A stretch of 64,000 bases of DNA from Dehalococcoidia bacterium. Lineage in GTDB: Bacteria; Chloroflexota; Dehalococcoidia; UBA2979. Under the pieces are notes generated by a model. The model was not told the DNA's origin and ran no database searches. It saw nothing but the letters and a program-made list of their open reading frames with translations. Every line of letters starts with the position of its first letter. Position 1 is the first letter of the stretch. This document shows, piece after piece, positions 17,329 through 26,449 of this stretch. Both the position numbers and the translations under genes were made by a program. The stretch spans positions 774,855-838,854 of the forward strand of contig CBDFJZ010000008.1 of the NCBI GenBank assembly GCA_965248675.1. The letters are read 5' to 3'.

Positions 17329-18114
17329 ATGGGACGTCTGGACGAACTGAGCGCTGTGGTCACCGGCGCCGGACGCGGCATCGGGCGGGCGATCGCGCTC
17401 GAGCTGGCGCGGGAGGGGGCGAGCGTCACCGTGTCCTCCAGATCCGGCGACCAGCTGGACGCGGTCGTGGCGGAGATCGAGGAGATCGGCAGCGTGGGGC
17501 TGGCGGTGAAGGCCGACGCGATGGACAAGGGGCAGGCGGTCGGCGTCGTGTCGTCGGCGGCCGAGCGATTCGGGAAGGTCGACATCCTCGTCAACAACGT
17601 GGGCGGGGGCACGAGCAAGGGCGGCCCCGCGGTTCATAACCCGTACACCTACGACGACGACGTGTTCGTCGATGATCTGACGCTGAACCTCGTGACCCAC
17701 CACTGGGCGACAAAGGCCGCGCTGCCCGGGATGCGGGACCGCGGGTTCGGGCGCGTGATCGGCATCGGTTCGGGCTACGCGAAGCGCAGCGGCGGCTCGA
17801 TCGTGTACACGGCGGCCAAACACGGGCTGATCGGCTACACGCGGGCGCTGGCGGCGCAGGTGGCGCTGGACGGGATCACGGTCAACTGCCTCTGTCCCGG
17901 GTGGACGAACACCCAGTTGATCGGAATCGAACGGCGTGCAGAGCAGTGGGGGACCGACGTGGAGGGCGCGAAGACGCGGCTGGCGGAGGACAACCTGCTC
18001 GATCGGATCCTCGAGCCGGAGGAGCTGGGACCGATGGCGGCGCTGCTCGCGGCGCCCGAGTCGGCGGGGATCACGGGCCAGGTGATCAGCGTGGACGGGG
18101 GCTACAAGGTGTGA
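17329..18114 (+). CDS. SDR-family oxidoreductase (FabG-like)
   Basis: 261 aa with VTGAGRGIGRAIA, NNVG and YTAAKHG (YxxxK). Confidence 0.9.
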   Translation: MGRLDELSAVVTGAGRGIGRAIALELAREGASVTVSSRSGDQLDAVVAEIEEIGSVGLAVKADAMDKGQAVGVVSSAAERFGKVDILVNNVGGGTSKGGPAVHNPYTYDDDVFVDDLTLNLVTHHWATKAALPGMRDRGFGRVIGIGSGYAKRSGGSIVYTAAKHGLIGYTRALAAQVALDGITVNCLCPGWTNTQLIGIERRAEQWGTDVEGAKTRLAEDNLLDRILEPEELGPMAALLAAPESAGITGQVISVDGGYKV

Positions 18115-18177
18115 CCGCGGCAGCGGCCGAAGACACGTGACCAGTGAGCGCGACGAGACGAAGCGACAGGGAGCAAC

Positions 18178-19086
18178 ATGGCCGACTTGCCGACCGACGC
18201 CGAGGTATTGACCTTTCTCAACGAGCAGAGCAACTGGGGTCGCTGGGGCGACGACGATCAGCGAGGCGCGTTCAACCTGATCACACCCGAGAAGCGTATG
18301 GAGGCCGCCGGCCTCGTGAAGACCGGCCGCAACGTGTCGCTCAGTCGCTTCTGGCCGAAGCACCCCGGCCCGCTGAACCCGCAGCCGGCGCAACACTTCA
18401 CGACGTGGTTCGACCGCGGTGAAAGCGGCGGCGCCACGGACTACTACGGCATCTCGTACCACGGCTACTCGACCACGCACGTCGATGCGCTGTGTCACGT
18501 CTGGGACAAAAACGGCGGCTGGCAGGGGCGCGGCCCCGCGGACCTCGTTGGCCCGCAGGGCGCGACCTTCGCTGACATCACTCAGTGGCAAGAAGGGATC
18601 GTGACGCGCGGGGTCCTGCTCGACGTGCCGAAGTTCCGAGGCGAGCCATACGTCACGCTCGAGCGGCCGGTGACCGGGCCAGAGCTGGACCAGATCGCGG
18701 AGGCGCAGGGCGTCGAGGTCGGCGCGGGGGACGCGCTGCTCGTCTACAGCGGCCGTGAGCGGTACCAGGCCGACCACGCCGATCGCTTCATGGGCGCGAG
18801 GCCGAGTCCGGGGCTGGCCGCCTCGTGCTCGATGTTCGTGCGGGAGCATGACGTCTCGCTACTGGGGTGGGACATGATGGACCACCGGCCCGCCGCCGAC
18901 GGTCTCCCCTGGCCCGTTCACTCCGTGCTCTACAAATTCGGCGTCTGCCTGATGGACAACTCGCTGCTCGAACCGCTGGCCAACGCCTGCGCCGATGAAG
19001 GCCGGTACGAGTTCATGCTGATGGCGCTGCCGCTGGCAGTGGAAGGGGGCACCGGAAGCCCCGTCAATCCGATCGCGATGCTCTAG
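18178..19086 (+). CDS. cyclase-family protein (kynurenine-formamidase-like fold)
   Basis: 302 aa. The metal-binding-type motif YHGYSTTHVDALCHV (HxxxxHxD...H) is typical of the putative cyclase family. Confidence 0.75.
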   Translation: MADLPTDAEVLTFLNEQSNWGRWGDDDQRGAFNLITPEKRMEAAGLVKTGRNVSLSRFWPKHPGPLNPQPAQHFTTWFDRGESGGATDYYGISYHGYSTTHVDALCHVWDKNGGWQGRGPADLVGPQGATFADITQWQEGIVTRGVLLDVPKFRGEPYVTLERPVTGPELDQIAEAQGVEVGAGDALLVYSGRERYQADHADRFMGARPSPGLAASCSMFVREHDVSLLGWDMMDHRPAADGLPWPVHSVLYKFGVCLMDNSLLEPLANACADEGRYEFMLMALPLAVEGGTGSPVNPIAML

Positions 19087-19174
19087 ACCGACGGCGGGCC
19101 TGGGTCGCGAACACTGTGAGCGTGGTGCTGCTACGATTCCGGCGCCAAATCCGGCTCCGATCGAGGAGGCCTCG

Positions 19175-20161
19175 ATGACCACGCACACGCCTGAACCAGA
19201 CACCGAGCAACTGCTCTACATGTTCCGCACGATGGTGACGATCCGCGAATTCGAGGAGGCGGCCGGCCTGTTGGCCGAGCAAGCCAAGATCCCGGGCGCG
19301 GTTCACCTCTATGCCGGCGAGGAGGCGGTCGCCGTCGGCGTCTGTGCCCACCTGCGGCCCTCGGACACCATCACTTCGACCCATCGCGGCCATGGGCATT
19401 GCATCGCCAAGGGCGGCGACGTGAAGTCGATGTTCGCCGAGCTGTTCGGCCGCTCGACCGGCTACTGCGGCGGCAAGGGCGGCTCGATGCACATCGCCGA
19501 TCTCGACATCGGCATCCTCGGTGCGAACGGGATCGTCGGCGGTGGCCCGCCAATTAGCGTCGGCGCGGCGTTCGCCGCGCAGTACCGAGGCACGGACGAC
19601 GTCTCGGTCTGCTTCTCCGGCGACGGCTCGACGAACGAGGGCACCTGGCACGAGGCGCTCAACTTCGCCGCCGTGATGAAGCTGCCGGCGGTGTTCGTGA
19701 TCGAGAACAACCAGTACGGAGAGTTCACGCCGCAGAGCAAGCAGGGCGCGATCACGCAGCTCTCGAACCGCGCCGCCGCCTACGGCATCCCCGGGCTGAC
19801 GGTGGACGGCCAGGACGTGCTGGCGATGCACGAGGCGGCGGGTGAAGCGATCGACCGCGCGCGCCGCGGCGACGGACCAAGCCTGATCGAGGCGGACACG
19901 TACCGCTTCTACAACCACACCGGCCGCGCCGAAGGCGACCCTCGCCCGGAGGAGGAGCGGGCCCGGTGGCGCGCCCGCGACCCGATCACGATCCTCGCCG
20001 GCGTGCTGCAACAGCGCGCGATCCTCAGCGGCGAAGGAGCCGAGCGGATCACCGAGGAGGCGCGCGCGATGGTCGAGGAGGCGATCGCCTACGCCGACAC
20101 GCAGCCGTACCCCGACCCGTCCGTCTTGCTCGAAGACGTCTACACCGGAGCGAGCGCATGA
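19175..20161 (+). CDS. 2-oxoacid (acetoin/pyruvate-type) dehydrogenase E1 alpha subunit, TPP-dependent
   Basis: 328 aa. TPP motif GDGSTNEGTWHEALNFAAVMKLPAVFVIENNQY. The stop overlaps the next start (ATGA). Confidence 0.9.
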   Translation: MTTHTPEPDTEQLLYMFRTMVTIREFEEAAGLLAEQAKIPGAVHLYAGEEAVAVGVCAHLRPSDTITSTHRGHGHCIAKGGDVKSMFAELFGRSTGYCGGKGGSMHIADLDIGILGANGIVGGGPPISVGAAFAAQYRGTDDVSVCFSGDGSTNEGTWHEALNFAAVMKLPAVFVIENNQYGEFTPQSKQGAITQLSNRAAAYGIPGLTVDGQDVLAMHEAAGEAIDRARRGDGPSLIEADTYRFYNHTGRAEGDPRPEEERARWRARDPITILAGVLQQRAILSGEGAERITEEARAMVEEAIAYADTQPYPDPSVLLEDVYTGASA

Positions 20162-21162
20162 CCACCGCGACGCCAGCAGCCGCCACCCGCACGATCTCGT
20201 ACCGCGAAGCGATCAACGAGGCGATCAAGGAGGAGATGCGCCAAGACGAGCGCGTCTTCGTCGCGGGCATCGATCTGGCCGCGCGCGGTGACGTGTTCGG
20301 CATCACCGCCGGCATCCTCTCCGAGTTCGGAGAGCGGCGGATCCTCGACACCCCGATCTCGGAGAACGCGATCGCCGGGCTCGCGACCGGGGCCGCGTCG
20401 CAGGGGCTGCGCCCGGTGGTGTCGATGATGTTCATCGACTTCATCGGCGTCTGCTTCGACCAGATCATGAACCAGATGGCGAAGATGAAGTACATGTTCG
20501 GCGGCAAGGCGACGCTGCCGCTCACCGTGCTCGCCAACGCGGGCGCGGGCACCGGCATGGCGGCCCAGCACTCGCAGAGCCTCGAAACGCTGCTCTGTCA
20601 CATCCCCGGGATCAAGGTGGTGATGCCGAGCAGCGCCACTGACGCGAAGGGCCTGATGACCGCGGCGATGCGCGAGGACAACCCCGTCTTCGTGATCATG
20701 CACAAGCGCTGCCAGGGCCTCCGCGGCGAGGTGCCCGAGGGCGAGTACATCGTCCCGATCGGTTCGGCCAAGGTCGTGCGCGAAGGCCGGGATCTGACGA
20801 TCGTTGCGACCGCGTACATGGTCCAGGAGTCGCTCAAGGCGGCCGAGCGCCTCGCCGAGCAGGGCATCGAGGTCGAGATCGTCGATCCACGCAGCCTCCA
20901 GCCGCTCGACACCGACACGATCGTCGCGTCGGTTGAGAAGACGCATCGGCTGCTGACCGTCCATGAGGCCGTGGAGTTTGCCGGCATGGGCGCGGAGATC
21001 AACGCGCAGGTCGCGGACCAGGCGTTCGACTTCCTCGACGCCCCGCCGCGCCGCCTCGGCGGTCCGTTCAGCCCGGTCCCGTACAGCCCGCCGCTGGAAC
21101 AGGAGTGGCTCATCAACTCCGACGACATCGTGGAAGCGGCGCTGGGCGTGGTCAACGGCTAG
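20158..21162 (+). CDS. 2-oxoacid dehydrogenase E1 beta subunit
   Basis: Start ATG 20158 (MTTATPAAATRTISYREAINEAIKEEM). Typical transketolase-like pyrimidine-binding and C-terminal domains. The track ORF from 19966 is an upstream extension. Confidence 0.9.
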   Translation: MTTATPAAATRTISYREAINEAIKEEMRQDERVFVAGIDLAARGDVFGITAGILSEFGERRILDTPISENAIAGLATGAASQGLRPVVSMMFIDFIGVCFDQIMNQMAKMKYMFGGKATLPLTVLANAGAGTGMAAQHSQSLETLLCHIPGIKVVMPSSATDAKGLMTAAMREDNPVFVIMHKRCQGLRGEVPEGEYIVPIGSAKVVREGRDLTIVATAYMVQESLKAAERLAEQGIEVEIVDPRSLQPLDTDTIVASVEKTHRLLTVHEAVEFAGMGAEINAQVADQAFDFLDAPPRRLGGPFSPVPYSPPLEQEWLINSDDIVEAALGVVNG

Positions 21163-21208
21163 CGAGGCGAGGAGCGGCAGGCAGCGCACACGCACACGGA
21201 GCTGAACG

Positions 21209-22720
21209 ATGGCCGAGGCAGTCCACCTCCCGAAGATCGGGATGATCATGGAGGACGCTGTCCTCACGCGGTGGCTCGTCCCCGACGGCGCGACCATCTC
21301 CCGCGGCGACTCGATCTTCGAGATGGACATCGAGAAGGTGCTGCAGGACGTCGAGGCGGATGCGGAGGGCACGCTCCGCTACCTGGTCGGCGACTGCATC
21401 CGGCTGCGCCCGGGCGCGATCGTGGCCTGCGTGCTCGCTGAGGATGAGCTCGAGGTGCCGGCGCAGATGCTCGCCGAGGTCGCTGCCCAGTGGAGCGAGC
21501 CCTCCGAGGAGCACCGCGAAGCGGGTACCGAGCCGGTGGTCCCGTCGGTTGTCGCCGCGGCCGCACCGGCCGCGGCCGCGCCCGCCGCTGCACCGGCCAC
21601 GCCACCACCGGCCACGCCACCACTAGCCACGCCACCACTGGCCATGCCACCACCGGCGGCTCCGGCCGTCGCGGCAGGCGGCCGCGTCGCGGCCAGCCCC
21701 TTCGCTCGACGCCTCGCCGGCCAGCTGGGCGTCGACCTCGGTAGCGTCGTCGGGAGCGGACCGCGTGGCCGCATCACCGAGGCCGATATCCGCGCGCTCG
21801 CGGAGGGGCCTTCGACCAATGGAGCGGAAGCGCCCGCCGCTGAAACTGCGACCGCCCCGAGCGGCGAACGAGTGGTCGCGAGCCCGATCGCCCGCCGCCT
21901 CGCCGAGGAGCTGGGGGTGGACCTCGCGACTGCGCAGGGGAGCGGGCCGCGCGGCCGCGTCGTCGAAGCCGATGTGCGCGCGCTGGCGGCTCTTCCCGAG
22001 GTGTTGGCGGACTCCACGGCCTCGCCCGCTGCCGAAGGCGTCGAGGCGATCGCGTACAGCGGTCGCCGGCGCGCGATCGGGGAGCGGATGGCGCAGAGCC
22101 TGCGCGACAGCGCGCAGCTCACGCTCAGCAGCGAGCTGCGCGTCGACGAGGCGGTGCGCATGGCCGGCGGCCTCTCACGCGAGTGGCGCGCCGACCGCAC
22201 GGTCGTGACGCTGACGACGCTCGTGATCCGCGCGGCGGCGCTGGCGCTGCTCGAATACCCGCGGCTCAACTCCCGGCTCGACGACGGTCAGATCGTCGGC
22301 AACGAGGCGATCAACATCGGCTTCGCCGCTGACGCGGAGGAGGGGCTGATGGTCCCGGTGATCCGTGACGCGGCCTCAAGGCCGCTCCAGGAGGTCGCGG
22401 CGGACTTCATCTCGCTGTCACGGAAGACCGGCGACAACGAACTGAAGGCGGCTGACGTCACCGACGCCACCTTCACCGTGACGTCGCTCGAGAGTTTCGA
22501 GGTCGACGCTTTCACGCCGATCATCAATCCACCGCAAGCCGCGATCCTCGGGCTGGGGCGCGTCCGCAAGCAGCCGGTGGCCGGTGACGACGGCGTCGAG
22601 CTGGGACAGGTAACGACGCTCAGCCTGACGATCGACCACCGGATCAACGATGGCGCGCCCGCCTCGCGGTTCCTCGGCCGGATCGCGCAGCTCCTCGAAC
22701 GGCCGTACATGCTGATGTAG
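21209..22720 (+). CDS. dihydrolipoamide acyltransferase (E2) with one lipoyl domain and two tandem E3/E1-binding (PSBD) domains
   Basis: 503 aa. It has a lipoyl domain (FEMDIEKVLQDVEA) and a Pro/Ala linker. PSBD 1 is ASPFARRLAGQLGVDLGSVVGSGPRGRITEADI and PSBD 2 is ASPIARRLAEELGVDLATAQGSGPRGRVVEADV. The catalytic motif is DHRINDG. Confidence 0.9.
   Translation: MAEAVHLPKIGMIMEDAVLTRWLVPDGATISRGDSIFEMDIEKVLQDVEADAEGTLRYLVGDCIRLRPGAIVACVLAEDELEVPAQMLAEVAAQWSEPSEEHREAGTEPVVPSVVAAAAPAAAAPAAAPATPPPATPPLATPPLAMPPPAAPAVAAGGRVAASPFARRLAGQLGVDLGSVVGSGPRGRITEADIRALAEGPSTNGAEAPAAETATAPSGERVVASPIARRLAEELGVDLATAQGSGPRGRVVEADVRALAALPEVLADSTASPAAEGVEAIAYSGRRRAIGERMAQSLRDSAQLTLSSELRVDEAVRMAGGLSREWRADRTVVTLTTLVIRAAALALLEYPRLNSRLDDGQIVGNEAINIGFAADAEEGLMVPVIRDAASRPLQEVAADFISLSRKTGDNELKAADVTDATFTVTSLESFEVDAFTPIINPPQAAILGLGRVRKQPVAGDDGVELGQVTTLSLTIDHRINDGAPASRFLGRIAQLLERPYMLM
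21596..21655 (+). repeat. 4 x 15-bp tandem repeat (GCCACGCCACCACYN) encoding the ATPPP/ATPPL linker of E2
   Basis: The units gccacgccaccaccg / gccacgccaccacta / gccacgccaccactg / gccatgccaccaccg can be read directly from the sequence. Confidence 0.85.
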
Positions 22721-22777
22721 CCAGGCCGGCGGTGGTCCGCGGTGGCGAACGCGCCGGGCCTAGAACCGCGAGGGCGC

Positions 22778-23182
22778 TCAGTCCGCCATGACGTGGCGCT
22801 GGACGAAGAGCCAGCCACTGTCGCCACGAACCAGGCGATCCTCGTAGCGCGCGGTCGACAGAATCGTCGGCTCGCTGCCGGAGCGAACGAGTTGCAGGTA
22901 CGCGCGCTGTGTCGCGACGTCGCCGTCGACCTCGACGATCTGGTTGCAGACCCAGTGCCGCCGCGTGTCCTCGGAGCCCGCGAACCAGTCGGTGGCGAAC
23001 TTCGCGAGGTCGGCGCGGCCGACGATCTCCCCGCGGGCCGATTTGAAGACGCCGTCGGGAGTGAAGGTCTGGGCCCACCCCTCGCCGTCGCCGGAATCGA
23101 TCGCATGGTTGTAGCGCGCGGTCAGGTCGAGGATGTCGAGCCGATCCGCGGTCTGCGACGTCGTCTGCGTGTCGAGTGTCAT
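22778..23182 (-). CDS. NTF2-like (SnoaL/DUF4440-type) small protein
   Basis: 134 aa. DILDLTARYNHAIDSGD...W...FTPDGVF...RHWVCN is typical of the NTF2-like/SnoaL fold. Last gene of a long minus-strand run. Confidence 0.6.
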   Translation of the reverse strand: MTLDTQTTSQTADRLDILDLTARYNHAIDSGDGEGWAQTFTPDGVFKSARGEIVGRADLAKFATDWFAGSEDTRRHWVCNQIVEVDGDVATQRAYLQLVRSGSEPTILSTARYEDRLVRGDSGWLFVQRHVMAD

Positions 23183-23253
23183 CGCGCCTGCCTCCTGTTC
23201 ACTTGCCCCGGGGGTGGACCGGGAACCACGTTCGCCGTTGCGATTGCGGCGAA

Positions 23254-23583
23254 TTACTGGATCACCGATCGACCGGTCGCCTCGATGCGTTGGATGTTCG
23301 CACCCTCCGAATCGATCATGTCCGGAACGCGCGGGCCGATCTCGTTCTTCCAGTAATCGCTCTGGTAGACGGCCTCGTAGAGGCGTTCACGTTGCGCCTC
23401 GTCGGTGAACCGGCGGATCCAGACGTAGACCGATTCGTCGGTCTCGCCGGTGAAGCTCCCGAGGATCGTCATCCCCACTTTCACTTGGAACGGGATGATC
23501 TCCTCTTCCATCATCTTCACGAACTCGACCTGACAGCCCGGTCGCACCTTGTACTGACGAAGCTCGAAAAACGCCATTGCCAC
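23254..23583 (-). CDS. NIPSNAP-family protein
   Basis: 109 aa. FELRQYKVRPG...F...PFQVKVGMTILGSF resembles the NIPSNAP dimeric alpha-beta barrel. Confidence 0.65.
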   Translation of the reverse strand: MAMAFFELRQYKVRPGCQVEFVKMMEEEIIPFQVKVGMTILGSFTGETDESVYVWIRRFTDEAQRERLYEAVYQSDYWKNEIGPRVPDMIDSEGANIQRIEATGRSVIQ

Positions 23584-23614
23584 ACCTTCCGTTTGGACTG
23601 CTGATCGCCCGGGA

Positions 23615-24829
23615 CTAGCCGCGCGGGAGACCTAGCCCCCGCGTCGCGATCACGTTGCGCTGAATCTCCGAGGTGCCGGCGCCGATCGTCTCGGCGATCG
23701 TCGAGATCGTGAACATCTCCCACTTCGACCGCATCGGCGCGCGCGGATCGTCCTTGTCGGCGAGCTGCGCGTAGAGCCCGAGCAGTCCAAACGCCGTCTT
23801 CGCCATCCGCTGCTTCACCTCGGAGACGAACAGCTTCTGGATCGAGGCCTCGTAGTTGGGGACCTGATCGCGATTCTGCATCGTGATCACGCGGTACGAG
23901 AAGAGTCGCGCGACCTCCGCCTCGACGTGGTTCTCCGCCAGCGCGGCGCGGCGACTCGGGTCGCCGAGGCGCGAGTAGCCGCCGGGTTCCGCCTCTTCCC
24001 TGATGGTCTTCAGGAGGTCCGAGAGCAGGTGATAGAGGCCGACCGCCGAGCCGACCTGCGACCGCTCGAAGTCGAGCGTGGTCGCGGCGGCGTACCAGCC
24101 GCGGTTGATCTCGCCGACGACGTTGCCGACGGGCACCCGCGCGTCCTCGAAGAAGACTTCGTTGAAGCTGCGGCTGCCGGTGATCTGCTCGATCGGGTTC
24201 GGCTTGATCCCGGGCGTGTCCATCGGTACGAGGATGTATGAGATGCCGCGGTGCTTCGGCGCCTCCGGATCGGTCCGGAACAGCCCGAACATCATCTTTG
24301 CCCTGTCGGCGCCCGAGGTCCAGATCTTCTGGCCGTTGAGCACGAAGTCGTCGCCGTCTCGCGTGGCGCGCGTCTGAAGCGACGCCAGGTCGGACCCGGA
24401 ACCGGGCTCCGAGTACCCCTGGCACCAGCTCTCGTCGATGTCGAGCATGCCGGGGAGATATCGCTGCTTCAGCTCATCGCTGCCGTAGAGCATGATCGTC
24501 GAGGCGGCGTCGTTGCGGATCGAGACCGCCGACGCGCGCTTCTCGGCAAACACCTCGCCGAGGATGAACTGTTCCATCCTGCTCAGATCCGCTCCGCCAC
24601 ACTCCTTCGGCCAGGCAGGCGCGATCCAACCGCGTTCCTTCAGAGCGGCATGCCAGGGGCGCATCTGTTCCTTGCGCTCGTCGTCAGATAGCCGTCCCAC
24701 GGGCAACCCGCCGAGCGTCGAGGAGTAGCGATTCTCGTCGGTCAGTACCTCCGGGTGGTGCTCGTCCACGAAATCTCGGACCGCGTCGCGAAATTCCGCC
24801 TCCCGCTCCGTGTCATTGAAGTCAACCAT
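23615..24829 (-). CDS. acyl-CoA dehydrogenase (FadE-type)
   Basis: 404 aa. It has WCQGYSEPGSGSDLASL and the C-terminal IGAGTSEIQRNVIATRGLGLPRG with the catalytic-Glu region. Confidence 0.9.
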   Translation of the reverse strand: MVDFNDTEREAEFRDAVRDFVDEHHPEVLTDENRYSSTLGGLPVGRLSDDERKEQMRPWHAALKERGWIAPAWPKECGGADLSRMEQFILGEVFAEKRASAVSIRNDAASTIMLYGSDELKQRYLPGMLDIDESWCQGYSEPGSGSDLASLQTRATRDGDDFVLNGQKIWTSGADRAKMMFGLFRTDPEAPKHRGISYILVPMDTPGIKPNPIEQITGSRSFNEVFFEDARVPVGNVVGEINRGWYAAATTLDFERSQVGSAVGLYHLLSDLLKTIREEAEPGGYSRLGDPSRRAALAENHVEAEVARLFSYRVITMQNRDQVPNYEASIQKLFVSEVKQRMAKTAFGLLGLYAQLADKDDPRAPMRSKWEMFTISTIAETIGAGTSEIQRNVIATRGLGLPRG

Positions 24830-24973
24830 CTGCTCGCCCCTCCCAGTCCGCTGCCGCGGACCGGTGCTACCGGCCGATGCTACAGGCCAGCGACCTCCCC
24901 GAACCTACGCAGCTCTCGCGCCGGGTCGCTACCCATCGAGTCGCACATGATCTCCGTCGCGCCCGCTTCTGAC

Positions 24974-26326
24974 TCAGAGCAATCCGGCGTGCTGTGCCTG
25001 CGCGCGCAGGTCCGCGCGGTGATCGGGGTGGGCGATCGCGATCAGCTCCTCGGCGCGAGCGCGCTCCGACTTGCCGAGCATGGAGGCGACGCCGTATTCG
25101 CTGATCACGAGGTCCGTCAGATAGCGAGGAATGCCGACGTTCGCGCCGGCGGGCAGGTCGCAGACGACGCGGCTGCGTTCGCCCGCGGTCGACGGAAGCA
25201 CGTGGATCGAGCGACCGCCGGGCGCGTACATCGCGCCGATCACGAACTCGATCTGTCCGCCGGGACCGGAGTGCATGCGGCGGCCGACGCTGTCGAAGAC
25301 GATCTGCCCGGTGAGGTCGATCGTCATCGCGGTGTTGATCGAGGTCATCTGGGATTGTGACGAGATCACCGCAGGGTCGTGGACGTAGTCGACGCCATGC
25401 AGCTCCCACTGATTGGGGTGGCGAGCGATCACTTCCTGGTCCTCCGGGGACGCGGGTAGCGCGGTGGCGATCATCTTGCCGACGTCGCGGCTCTTCTTGC
25501 GCCCGGTGAAGACGCCGGCCTCGAAGAGCGGCACGATCCCGGGCCCGGTGAGCTCCGAGTGGTAGCCCAGGTCGTGCTTGTCCCACAGGTGCGGGCTGAC
25601 CGCGTTCGGCGCCGCTCCGACACCGATCTCGATCGTGTCGCCATCGCGGATCAACTCGGCGACGTTCGCGCCGGCGATGTCGAGCATCGCGAGCTGCTGC
25701 GGATCTTCCTTTGCGACGCCGGCGAGCGGGACGCGAGCTGGCCAGCCGTCCGGGACGGCGACGAGGAAGTCGATCTCCTCGACGTTGATGCTGCTGTCGC
25801 CTCGGGTGCGCGGCATGCCCGCTTCGGCGATCTCGGCGACGAGCACCTTCGCGGCGCGGGCGGCGATCTTCGTGTCCCAGATCGAGGATCCGATGGAGCA
25901 GTTCCCGGACCCGTCCGGCTCGCCAAGGCGCAGATAGGCGATGTCGGGGGGACCGACGTCGCGCTCGAACCGTCGCTGCGAGGTGAAGACGGTGGCAGGG
26001 TGGTAGTTGAGGCGCCCTCGGGAGTAGGCGGCGCGGGTGCCGACGGTGAGGAAGCAGCAGCGCAGCTCGATGTGTCGATCGTCGTCGCCGACGTTGTCCC
26101 AGTCGCCGTCCCAAGCGAGCAGGTCGCCATAGGCCAGGATGTCATGCATCTCCTCGCGGGCGTCGGCGATCAGCTTGGTCAGCATCTGAGGACAGGCGGA
26201 GGCGAGGCCGAAGTGGATCGTCATCCCGTCGCGGATCAGCCCGACCGCCTGCTCGGGTGAGATCAGTTTGTCCGCGTATCGGTCTTGCCAGCTCACCGTG
26301 CCCTGCCCCGGCCGCGATCTCGACAC
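24974..26326 (-). CDS. acetyl-CoA hydrolase/transferase-family CoA-transferase (4-hydroxybutyrate CoA-transferase-like)
   Basis: 450 aa. Its size and motifs (IEIGVGAAPNAV, GPGGQIEF) are typical of the AcetylCoA_hydro N/C family. Confidence 0.8.
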   Translation of the reverse strand: MSRSRPGQGTVSWQDRYADKLISPEQAVGLIRDGMTIHFGLASACPQMLTKLIADAREEMHDILAYGDLLAWDGDWDNVGDDDRHIELRCCFLTVGTRAAYSRGRLNYHPATVFTSQRRFERDVGPPDIAYLRLGEPDGSGNCSIGSSIWDTKIAARAAKVLVAEIAEAGMPRTRGDSSINVEEIDFLVAVPDGWPARVPLAGVAKEDPQQLAMLDIAGANVAELIRDGDTIEIGVGAAPNAVSPHLWDKHDLGYHSELTGPGIVPLFEAGVFTGRKKSRDVGKMIATALPASPEDQEVIARHPNQWELHGVDYVHDPAVISSQSQMTSINTAMTIDLTGQIVFDSVGRRMHSGPGGQIEFVIGAMYAPGGRSIHVLPSTAGERSRVVCDLPAGANVGIPRYLTDLVISEYGVASMLGKSERARAEELIAIAHPDHRADLRAQAQHAGLL

Positions 26327-26449
26327 CCGCGCTCGCGCGCGACGATAGTAATCGGTCTCTCTCCGTCACAAACGAGATTGTGTTGGACAGGCGAAGCGGG
26401 GATCGCGCCCGATCCTTCGGACGGTTGACCCGGAGCGCGATCAGGCCGG

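Noticed and set aside
16912-18849. 645-aa ORF on the minus strand (and similar long antisense ORFs at 19064-20011, 20140-21372, 30452-31888, 31889-33781, 58106-59191 and 61252-62535)
   Set aside because: All lie antisense to, or out of frame with, genes that have clear family motifs. Their products are Arg/Ala/Pro/Gly-rich low-complexity strings typical of stop-codon-poor GC-rich DNA, and no motifs were recognised.
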